NCBI GenBank assembly: GCA_041571435.1
Contig: JBFFUI010000045.1
Coordinates: forward strand, 1-15,665
DNA from: Sulfurimonadaceae bacterium
GTDB lineage: Bacteria; Campylobacterota; Campylobacteria; Campylobacterales; Sulfurimonadaceae
Direction of reading: 5' to 3'
Length of the DNA stretch: 15,665 bases
Shown here: in pieces, positions 8,669 to 15,665 of the stretch
Layout: every line of letters starts with the position of its first letter
Numbering within the stretch: position 1 is the first letter of the stretch
Program-made: the position numbers and the translations under genes
Notes under the pieces: model-generated
Databases searched by the model: none
What the model was told of the DNA's origin: nothing
The model's input: the letters and a program-made list of their open reading frames with translations, nothing else

Positions 8669-9306
8669 TCTGTAAAGAAACCTAAAAGTGTTTCGCCGGC
8701 ACGGACCCGCTGTCCGGTCTTGACGGCCACGCGCGAATGCCCCGGCAGAATGATCACCGTCTCGCCACTGACCATCAGACCGTAACGCATGCCTTGTATG
8801 GCGGTACTTCCCGCTGTCAGGCGGTTTTGAATACCGACCGATGCCAGCTGAAGCGTGTGTATGACTCGGACCTGTTTTTCATCTTCGCCGAACAGGATCT
8901 CGCTCTGTTCGTTCAGCTTGCCGGAGAGAGGGGTGGAGAGCATAAGACGGGCGCCAGAGCGCTTTGTTACTCTCTTGACCTCAGACGAAAACGGAACACG
9001 CAGAATCGGGGTGTCTAGAAAACCGCTTTTGATCACGATCTTGAAGCTATTGTTGCCTGCATCATCTTCGAGTGTCTCGATATTTTTAATGACACCATCG
9101 GCAACACTGACAATGCTCTCCTCTTCTAAATAGGGGATGGTACGTTCAGGATTGCGAAAAGCCCAGACCGTCAAAACGGTCAGGACAACACCCAAAAATG
9201 TCAAAAACTCGGCATCTACGGTGATAAAAAAAAGCGTCAGCGCAGCTGACGCTGCAATGCATTTCATTCCATCTTTGGCAATGATGAACGTATCATTGTA
9301 TCTCAT
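8665..9306 (-). CDS. Phosphatidylserine decarboxylase-related membrane protein, apparently lacking catalytic motifs
   Basis: Two N-terminal TM helices, FRNPER, IVSVADGVI and C-terminal VKTGQRVRAGET match the short Psd family found next to pssA. The FGS autocleavage motif reads VSGE instead. Confidence 0.85.
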   Translation of the reverse strand: MRYNDTFIIAKDGMKCIAASAALTLFFITVDAEFLTFLGVVLTVLTVWAFRNPERTIPYLEEESIVSVADGVIKNIETLEDDAGNNSFKIVIKSGFLDTPILRVPFSSEVKRVTKRSGARLMLSTPLSGKLNEQSEILFGEDEKQVRVIHTLQLASVGIQNRLTAGSTAIQGMRYGLMVSGETVIILPGHSRVAVKTGQRVRAGETLLGFFTE

Positions 9307-11288
9307 GATAAAGGCTCGTCCCTGTCATCGATATTTTTTGTGTCCTGTGACATATCTTCTGCGAACTCACGCTCGTCTTCGGCTTCGACTTCCTGCTCGA
9401 CCTTGCTCTCTATGCCGTTCTCTTTTTCGAACGTCGTGATGACCTCACGCACCATTTCGCCGGAGATGTTCTCCGTTTTATAGAGCTCTTCGACCATCTT
9501 TTCGATCGCACCGCGGTACTCTTCAAGACGTGCAACGACCGCTGCATAGCGTGCTTCAAGTGTCGCCTTGATGTGCTGATCCATCTCTTCCGCCATCCTC
9601 TCCGAATATTCGCGCGGCTGTCCGCCCATCCCGCCGCCAAGGAATGAGTGACGCTGTTTTTCAAGCACCATAAGACCGGCGATATCGCTCATACCGTAGA
9701 CCTGGACCATCGATTTGATAATGTCGGTAGCCCGTTCAAGGTCATTGCTCGCACCGGTCGAGATCTCACCGATAAAGACCTGTTCTGCGGCGCGGCCGCC
9801 GAGCAGGACATCCACCTCTGCCAGCAGTTCATGTTTCTGTGCCAGGTACTTGTCCTCTTCCGGTGTGTTCAAAGTATAACCGAGTGCCGCAAGACCGCGC
9901 GGGACAATAGAGACCTTCGATACTTTCTTCGCACCTTTGGTCGTCTCGGCAAGCAGTGCGTGCCCGCATTCATGGTAGGCAACGATGCGCTGCTCTTTTT
10001 TGTTGATACGGCGGTTCTTCTTGCTGAGACCGGCAATAGCGCGTTCGACCGACTCTTGAAGATCGACCTGGCGTACCGTCTTTTGACTTTTACGTCCCGC
10101 GAGCAGTGCCGCTTCGTTGATGATGTTGGCAAGATCTGCACCCGCAAGACCGGCTGTAAGGCGTGCGATCTCTTCGAGATTGACATCATCATCCATCTTC
10201 ACCCCTCGAACATGGACTTTCAAGATGGCGATACGCCCTTCGTAGTCCGGTTTGTCGACCAGGACCTGTCGGTCAAAACGGCCCGGACGCATCAGTGCCG
10301 GGTCAAGGACCTCCGGACGGTTGGTCGCGGCCAGGATGATGATCGGCGTATCGGTGCCGAAACCGTCCATCTCTGCCAAAAGCTGGTTAAGCGTCTGCTC
10401 ACGCTCGTCGTTTCCGCCCATCATACCGCCGGCTGCACGGCTCTTACCGATCGCATCGATCTCATCGATGAAGATGATCGAAGGGGCATCTTTTTTCGCC
10501 TGTTCAAAAAGGTCGCGTACACGTGCGGCACCGACACCGACGAACATCTCGATGAAACTTGATCCCGAGACCGAGAAGAACGGGACATCGGCTTCGCCGG
10601 CGACCGCTTTCGCCAAAAGCGTCTTACCTGTACCCGGACTACCGACCAGCATCACCCCTTTGGGGATCTTGGCACCCAGTTCGACGTAGCGTGCCGGGTA
10701 TTTCAGGAAGTCAACGATCTCCTGGACCTCCTCTTTTGCCTCTTCGCCGCCGGCGACATCATCAAACTTTGTTGTCGGTTTCTCGGAGTTGACTAGTTTT
10801 TTTGAACTACCCATGCCAAGGACACCGCCGCCCATACCCTTCTGCATACGGCCTGCAAAGAACATCCAGATCGCGATGATGATCAGAAACGGAAAGAGCC
10901 AGCCGAACATATCGGTGAACCAGTTGCTCTCCGAAAATCCGCTGTAGTCGATACCTTCCTGATCCAGTAAAGGGACAAGTGTCGCATCGTTTGCAACGAT
11001 CCGTGTCGTATAGACCGTGTTTTCACCCTTTGCACGGATGTAGCTTTGGCCGATATCGACCTTTGAAACGCCTTTGTTCTTGATGAGCTCTTTAAGCTCG
11101 GCGTAACTCACCTCTTTGTGTTTGGTCGCACCTTGGCCACCGAACTGCCCGCCAATACCGCCGCCGTTCTCGCCGATCAGCGACTTAAAGATCAGGATGA
11201 CCACCACCGAGAAGATGGCAAAAGTGATCAGCGGGTTTTTGTTAAAAAAATTATCGTTTTTCGGTTCTTTGTTACTGTTTTGACTCAT
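9303..11288 (-). CDS. ftsH: ATP-dependent zinc metalloprotease FtsH
   Basis: Two TM segments, Walker A GSPGTGKT, pore motif FVG, Walker B IIFIDE, second region of homology [19 protein letters not shown] and Zn motif HECGH. Confidence 0.99.
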   Translation of the reverse strand: MSQNSNKEPKNDNFFNKNPLITFAIFSVVVILIFKSLIGENGGGIGGQFGGQGATKHKEVSYAELKELIKNKGVSKVDIGQSYIRAKGENTVYTTRIVANDATLVPLLDQEGIDYSGFSESNWFTDMFGWLFPFLIIIAIWMFFAGRMQKGMGGGVLGMGSSKKLVNSEKPTTKFDDVAGGEEAKEEVQEIVDFLKYPARYVELGAKIPKGVMLVGSPGTGKTLLAKAVAGEADVPFFSVSGSSFIEMFVGVGAARVRDLFEQAKKDAPSIIFIDEIDAIGKSRAAGGMMGGNDEREQTLNQLLAEMDGFGTDTPIIILAATNRPEVLDPALMRPGRFDRQVLVDKPDYEGRIAILKVHVRGVKMDDDVNLEEIARLTAGLAGADLANIINEAALLAGRKSQKTVRQVDLQESVERAIAGLSKKNRRINKKEQRIVAYHECGHALLAETTKGAKKVSKVSIVPRGLAALGYTLNTPEEDKYLAQKHELLAEVDVLLGGRAAEQVFIGEISTGASNDLERATDIIKSMVQVYGMSDIAGLMVLEKQRHSFLGGGMGGQPREYSERMAEEMDQHIKATLEARYAAVVARLEEYRGAIEKMVEELYKTENISGEMVREVITTFEKENGIESKVEQEVEAEDEREFAEDMSQDTKNIDDRDEPLS

Positions 11289-11294
11289 ATTTTA

Positions 11295-12128
11295 TTACTT
11301 TCCTTTTTTGGCTACGACGAGTGTGACCCACTCTTCGCGCTGAATACGTTTGACAATAGTACAATCAACATATGCTTTGAGTACTTTATCCTCATATTTG
11401 TCTAATATCCCTGAAAGTACCAAGGTACCTTCATCTTTAAGCAGACGTTTCAGGTCACTGGCAATAAAGACAAGGACGTCGGCCACGATGTTGGCGATGA
11501 CCACGTCATACTTCTTCTGCGTGCCGGGGGCCGACCCCTCCCAGATCTCTCTGAATGCAACACCGTTGACCTCCGCATTCTCAAGGCTGTTGGCAACCGA
11601 GACGGGATCGGTATCGCAGGCGTCGACGACGGCACCCAGCTTGGCTGCCGCAATACCGAGAATACCACTTCCGCAGCCGATGTCCGCGACTTCATCGCCG
11701 GTTTTGACCTCGGAGGCGATCGCCTCAAGGCAGGCCGCCGTTGTCGGGTGATGGCCGGTACCGAAGGCCAGAGCAGGGTCGAGTTCGATGTTGAGCATCC
11801 CCTCTTTCGCCTCGTCCCAGGTCGGGTGGATGTAAAACGGTCCGATCTCGATCGGCGTGATGCTCTCCTGGTAGCTCTTGACCCAGTCGCTGTTTTTCTC
11901 TTTTTTAAGCTCGATCTCGACATCGATCGGATTTTGGAGTGCCTGTTCAAGCGCCTCTTTGAACTGTTCAACGCCCCATGATATGGTCTCCAGTTCCTCT
12001 TCACTGCGCACGATGAAGGTCCCATCGCGCTCTTCAAAACCGATCGGCAGTGTGTCCGCTAGAAAGTCGGCAAAAAGTTCCGGGTAAGCCGATGGTGTGA
12101 TCCGCAGTTCATAATAGTACTCTTGCAT
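11295..12128 (-). CDS. prmA: 50S ribosomal protein L11 methyltransferase
   Basis: DPALAFGTGHHPTT, SAM-binding DIGCGSGILG, VIANI and LVLSGIL. Confidence 0.97.
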   Translation of the reverse strand: MQEYYYELRITPSAYPELFADFLADTLPIGFEERDGTFIVRSEEELETISWGVEQFKEALEQALQNPIDVEIELKKEKNSDWVKSYQESITPIEIGPFYIHPTWDEAKEGMLNIELDPALAFGTGHHPTTAACLEAIASEVKTGDEVADIGCGSGILGIAAAKLGAVVDACDTDPVSVANSLENAEVNGVAFREIWEGSAPGTQKKYDVVIANIVADVLVFIASDLKRLLKDEGTLVLSGILDKYEDKVLKAYVDCTIVKRIQREEWVTLVVAKKGK

Positions 12129-12839
12129 CTATTCGACCTCTTTCAGGGCTTTTTCCAGATCCAGCGTTCCCTCATAATAGGCCTTGCCGACAATGACACC
12201 TTCGATCTCGCCCGTCGCTGCAAGGGCATCGATGTCCGCTCTGTCTTTCAGTCCGCCGCTGGCGATCGTCGGTACACCCGACGCGCGCGCGATCTCAAGG
12301 GTAAAGTCGACGTTGACGCCGCTCAACATCCCGTCGCGGCCGACGTCAGTACAGATGATCGCTTCGACACCCGCTTTGGCAAATTCTTTTGCCAGTTCGG
12401 TCGCCTTCATCTCGCTCACCTCGCCCCAGCCTTCAACGGCTACATACCCGTCAATAGCGTCTATTCCGACAACAACCGGGTACTTTGCCGCCATATCTCT
12501 GACGAACTGCGGGTCTTTCACCGCGATCGAGCCCAGAATAACCCGGTCGATCCCCAGTTCAAGATAGCGTTTGATCGTCTCCTCGTCACGGATCCCGCCG
12601 CCGAGCTCGAGCTTGACCTTGCAGTTGGCTCGGATCTTTTTGATCTCTTCGTGGTTGACCGGTTCACCGGCAAAAGCGCCGTTAAGGTCGACCAGGTGGA
12701 CCCACTCTGCGCCCATCTCTTCAAAGATCTTTACCTGTGCGACAGGGCTTTCGTTGTAGATCTTTGCACTCTCCATCAACCCTTTCGAGAGGCGTACCGC
12801 CTTACCGTCTTTGAGGTCGATTGCCGGGAATAATGTCAT
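12129..12839 (-). CDS. hisA: ProFAR isomerase (histidine biosynthesis)
   Basis: [40 protein letters not shown] and IVGKA. Confidence 0.98.
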   Translation of the reverse strand: MTLFPAIDLKDGKAVRLSKGLMESAKIYNESPVAQVKIFEEMGAEWVHLVDLNGAFAGEPVNHEEIKKIRANCKVKLELGGGIRDEETIKRYLELGIDRVILGSIAVKDPQFVRDMAAKYPVVVGIDAIDGYVAVEGWGEVSEMKATELAKEFAKAGVEAIICTDVGRDGMLSGVNVDFTLEIARASGVPTIASGGLKDRADIDALAATGEIEGVIVGKAYYEGTLDLEKALKEVE

Positions 12840-12848
12840 ATGCCGTCC

Positions 12849-13460
12849 TTATAATTTACTAAAATTTTCTAAAATCTGAAGGCCATTTTTATGGCTCTTT
12901 TCAGGGTGGGGCTGGATCCCCATCACGTTGTCGTGCGCGACCGCACTGGTGAAGCTGTAGCCGTACTCTGTCCGGCCGATCGTGTCGGACGGGTTCTCGC
13001 AGACCGCGTGGTAGGAGTGTACAAAGTAGAGGTAGTGCTCGTCATCAAGCTTTTCAAAGAGCGGATGCTCTTTCGTAAACATCCGGTTCCATCCCATATG
13101 CGGCACCTTCAACGGATGGTCAAAACGTGCGGTGTCAAACGCCTGCACGTGCCCCTTGATGAGCCCGAGCCCTTTGCTGTGGCCGAACTCCTCGCTCGAG
13201 TCAAAGAGCAGCTGCATACCGAGGCAGATCCCCAGCATCGGGGCACCCGATGCGGCATACGTTCTTAGTGCCTCGTCCATACTGCGCGCGCGCAGATGTT
13301 CCATCGCGTCGGCATAGGCGCCGACGCCCGGCAGGATCAGTTTGTCATAGGTGTGAAACTTGTCCGGGTCGGATTCGACAACCGCTTCATGCCCCAGCAC
13401 CTTAAACGCATTTTTAACAGAGGCAAGGTTGCCCATGTTGTAGTCAACGATACCTATCAT
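12849..13460 (-). CDS. hisH: Imidazole glycerol phosphate synthase, glutaminase subunit
   Basis: DYNMGNL, LPGVGA, GICLGMQLL (catalytic Cys), PHMGWN, YFVHSY and QPHPEKS (His-Glu). Confidence 0.98.
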   Translation of the reverse strand: MIGIVDYNMGNLASVKNAFKVLGHEAVVESDPDKFHTYDKLILPGVGAYADAMEHLRARSMDEALRTYAASGAPMLGICLGMQLLFDSSEEFGHSKGLGLIKGHVQAFDTARFDHPLKVPHMGWNRMFTKEHPLFEKLDDEHYLYFVHSYHAVCENPSDTIGRTEYGYSFTSAVAHDNVMGIQPHPEKSHKNGLQILENFSKL

Positions 13461-14368
13461 TCTCGTTCTCTCTTTCCCGTAAATTTGATGTAGATCGCCA
13501 GCGATATCATCAGCAGCGACACACTGCCGATGATATAGACCGAGTTCAGCATTTTTTCGGGTTCCGTCATGGCGAACTTGAAGACCAGCATCAGGGCCTC
13601 GATCGAGAGGGCGATGATGATGGAGCCCAGGAACCGAACCATCGTCTTGTGCGGATCGGCGGTGCTTTGGCTCTCGCTGTGGCGTCCCAGGACCTCCTCT
13701 TCAAAGAGGGTCTTCACCAGGTCGAAGATGGCGAGCGCCAGCGTCAGAAGGATGGTCGCGCTGAAGATCTCATTGATCTCGACCGTATGAAAGTCAAAGC
13801 CCTGAGAAAAGAAGTAGCCCACCCCTTTCAAAAAGAGCAGCAGCGCTACCATCGTTAGGACGAAGGTGAACGCGGCGTATCCCAGGCGGAAGAAACGGCC
13901 CGAGATCGACTTCATCGGCATCGGGTGGGCGATCTTCAAGACCGCGTTCAGCGGCATGTCCAGACAGGCGACATACTTGATGTTGCCTTCGGCATCAAAG
14001 ATAGGTTTTGACGCGGTGATCGTAAGATCCTGCGTGATCAGGGACGGATACGGGTCGGTGATCGTACAGCGTTTCTCTTTCATCGCGCGGTAGTAGTAGG
14101 CGCGGTTCGATCGGTGCTGACCGATACAGCTGTCCGTGTGCGAACCGTCCGGAAGGTAGGTCGGAGTGACCTGGTCACCCTTCTCATTGAGCAGGTAGAC
14201 CCCTTCGCAGTCCTGCAGGTCGCCCATGATCTTGCGAAGACGGTCCGTGACCGCTTTTTCGGAGATCGAAGGGAGGTTGTTCGGCAGGTTTTTCGAGAAG
14301 AGATAACAGAAGTAGGCACGCGCCTGCGTGCGGCTCTCTGCATAATGCTGCATATCGCGTGATAACAT
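13457..14368 (-). CDS. Cache/PDC sensor-domain membrane protein, resembling Campylobacter PglG (start probably ATG 14368)
   Basis: Cache-like motifs VYLLNEKG, RAYY, ITDPY and TITASKPI...VACLD, followed by about four hydrophobic helices. AAGGGAG RBS lies 5 nt before ATG 14368. The PglG resemblance is recalled from gene position and architecture and was not searched. Confidence 0.8.
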   Translation of the reverse strand: MLSRDMQHYAESRTQARAYFCYLFSKNLPNNLPSISEKAVTDRLRKIMGDLQDCEGVYLLNEKGDQVTPTYLPDGSHTDSCIGQHRSNRAYYYRAMKEKRCTITDPYPSLITQDLTITASKPIFDAEGNIKYVACLDMPLNAVLKIAHPMPMKSISGRFFRLGYAAFTFVLTMVALLLFLKGVGYFFSQGFDFHTVEINEIFSATILLTLALAIFDLVKTLFEEEVLGRHSESQSTADPHKTMVRFLGSIIIALSIEALMLVFKFAMTEPEKMLNSVYIIGSVSLLMISLAIYIKFTGKRERE

Positions 14369-14414
14369 CGTCACTCCCTTGTGTTGGTACCCTGTTGTTC
14401 GTTTAGTAGTCGCG

Positions 14415-14420
14415 ATTATA
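14415..14420 (-). promoter_or_regulatory. -10 box for the pglG-like/his/prmA/ftsH/pssA operon
   Basis: ATTATA on + reads TATAAT on -, about 47 nt upstream of ATG 14368. Confidence 0.6.
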
Positions 14421-14435
14421 GCTTAGAGTTGGTTA

Positions 14436-14467
14436 AGGACACATCAGCAAACCCTGCATACCCTCAG
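14436..14467 (+). repeat. Left terminal inverted repeat
   Basis: AGGACACATCAGCAAACCCTGCATACCCTCAG. Confidence 0.92.
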
Positions 14468-14671
14468 CACTTCAGAGAAATATACAATCAAGGCGGTACT
14501 TTGAAAGCCTAGCCCTAGCTAAGGTAAAAAGTTCCAACGCAGAGTGTGTATTTCTCTGTATTGCCCATAGGGAGGGAAAAAGAGACGCATTCTAGCACAA
14601 CACTTTTTATCCTCATAGCTTTGGCTATGGATCAAAAAAGATGTTGCACTATCTTACCTCTCTTTTACCCT

Positions 14672-14703
14672 CTGAGGATATGCAGGGTTTGCAGATGTGT
14701 CCT
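14672..14703 (-). repeat. Right terminal inverted repeat
   Basis: Reverse complement is AGGACACATCTGCAAACCCTGCATATCCTCAG, with 2 mismatches to the left copy. Confidence 0.92.
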
Positions 14704-14758
14704 TTAGGCCGTTTGCTTAGTGCTGCAGGCCGCTCAAGGGCGCTTCTAATCATCCTTT

Positions 14759-14767
14759 TGCTATAGT
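14759..14767 (+). promoter_or_regulatory. Extended -10 promoter directly abutting the waaC start codon
   Basis: TG-C-TATAGT, then 6 nt (GTCATT), then ATG 14774. No Shine-Dalgarno sequence. Confidence 0.6.
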
Positions 14768-14773
14768 GTCATT

Positions 14774-15665
14774 ATGAATAAAAAGCCCCAACGCATCGCC
14801 ATTGTCAGACTGACAGCCCTCGGTGATATCATCAACGGGAGTATCGTCCTGCAGCTCATCAAAAAGCACTACCCCGATGCCGTGATCGAGTGGTTCTGCG
14901 AAGAGGCCTTTGCCCCGATCCTGGAAAGCCACCCCGACCTGGCCAAGGTCCATGCCGTCCCGATAAAACGGATCAAAAAGAGCAAAGACCTTGCCCTTTT
15001 GAAAACGACCGTCAAAGCCCTCAAAAGTAGCGGTCCTTTCGATCAGATCATCGACATGCAGGGACTGATCAAGTCCGCGGTCGTCGCCCGTCTTATCGGC
15101 AGGAACATCCACGGTTTTGACAAAAACTCCGCACGCGAGTCCCTCGCCGCATGGCTCTACAAGAGCAGCTCCGCCATCGCCTACGAAGAGAACGTCATCC
15201 GGCGCAATATCGACGTGGTGGCAGACGCGCTGGGCTTTACGGTCTCCGACGAGGATATCCTCTCCAAAACGCCCTGCTTCGCATCGCAGCAGCGTCCCTC
15301 CTGGCTTGCCGAAGGGCAGAACATCGCTATGGTCATCGGCGCCTCGTGGCCCTCAAAAGAGTACCCCAAAGAGAAGTTCGCCGAACTCTGTCTGGCACTG
15401 GAGCACTGTAACTGTATTTTGATCTGGGGGAGCGGACGCGAAAAAGCGTACGCCGACTTCATCGCAGAACACGCCGCCAACGCCACGGTCGCGCCGAAGC
15501 TCTCACTGGCCGAGCTGAGAGCCCTCATCGAGCACTGTGACCTCACCATCGGCAACGACACCGGTCCGACCCACCTGGCATGGGCGATGAACCGCCCCTC
15601 CATCACCCTCTTCGGGCCGACCAACACCCGGATGATCTACGCAACCCCGGTCAATCTTGCCTGCG
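14774..15665 (+). CDS. waaC: Lipopolysaccharide heptosyltransferase I (GT9), truncated at the 3' end by the window; missing from the ORF track
   Basis: Manual translation is open to the window end: MNKKPQRIAIVRLTALGDII...IIDMQGLIKSA...GFDKNSARE...GASWPSKEYP...IGNDTGPTHLAWA...ITLFGPT. These are typical WaaC/GT9 motifs. Confidence 0.93.
   Translation, partial: MNKKPQRIAIVRLTALGDIINGSIVLQLIKKHYPDAVIEWFCEEAFAPILESHPDLAKVHAVPIKRIKKSKDLALLKTTVKALKSSGPFDQIIDMQGLIKSAVVARLIGRNIHGFDKNSARESLAAWLYKSSSAIAYEENVIRRNIDVVADALGFTVSDEDILSKTPCFASQQRPSWLAEGQNIAMVIGASWPSKEYPKEKFAELCLALEHCNCILIWGSGREKAYADFIAEHAANATVAPKLSLAELRALIEHCDLTIGNDTGPTHLAWAMNRPSITLFGPTNTRMIYATPVNLAC

Larger units (their letters stand above)
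14436..14703. mobile_element. MITE-like non-autonomous element, 268 bp, highly self-complementary
   Basis: 32-bp terminal inverted repeats match at 30/32. TTA flanks both ends (14433-14435 and 14704-14706). No ORF in the supplied track lies inside. Two long internal hairpins. Confidence 0.8.

Noticed and set aside
9648-10562. 304-aa plus-strand ORF opposite ftsH (also 12123-12833 opposite hisA and 6054-6629 opposite serS)
   Set aside because: Antisense shadows of conserved housekeeping genes with no independent evidence.
14436-14703. CRISPR array, tRNA or riboswitch interpretation of the structured intergenic region
   Set aside because: There are no direct repeats with spacers, no cloverleaf and no riboswitch consensus I recognise. 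TIRs plus the TTA duplication explain the boundaries better.
14750-15627. Track ORFs 14750-15112 (-), 15117-15422 (+), 15151-15411 (+) and 15181-15627 (-)
   Set aside because: All overlap the waaC frame starting at 14774, which has clear GT9 motifs.

Overview
Chromosomal window from what looks like a Campylobacterota (epsilonproteobacterial) genome. This is an inference from gene order, extended TGnTATAAT-type promoters and AAGGA ribosome-binding sites. Plus strand: a metF-like MTHFR (68-976), three tandem paralogous lipoproteins with Sel1/TPR repeats and a shared unnamed C-terminal domain (1100-5871), and serS (6003-7244). A small orphan gene follows on the minus strand (7373-7726). A tightly coupled minus-strand operon runs pglG-like Cache-domain membrane protein, hisH, hisA, prmA, ftsH, psd-like, pssA (14368 to 7946). 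A divergent, probably leaderless waaC starts at 14774 and is cut by the window end; it is absent from the ORF track. The main items worth a second look are: (1) a 268-bp non-coding MITE-like element (14436-14703) with 32-bp terminal inverted repeats, a TTA duplication and a nearly fully base-paired three-way structure whose two arms share a TAGC-N4-GCTA cap; (2) the Sel1 lipoprotein triplet; (3) a Psd homologue that lacks its catalytic residues; and (4) apparent absence of motility genes (cheY, pflB) from slots where I recall them in C. jejuni. No database searches or folding programs were run, so novelty is not established.
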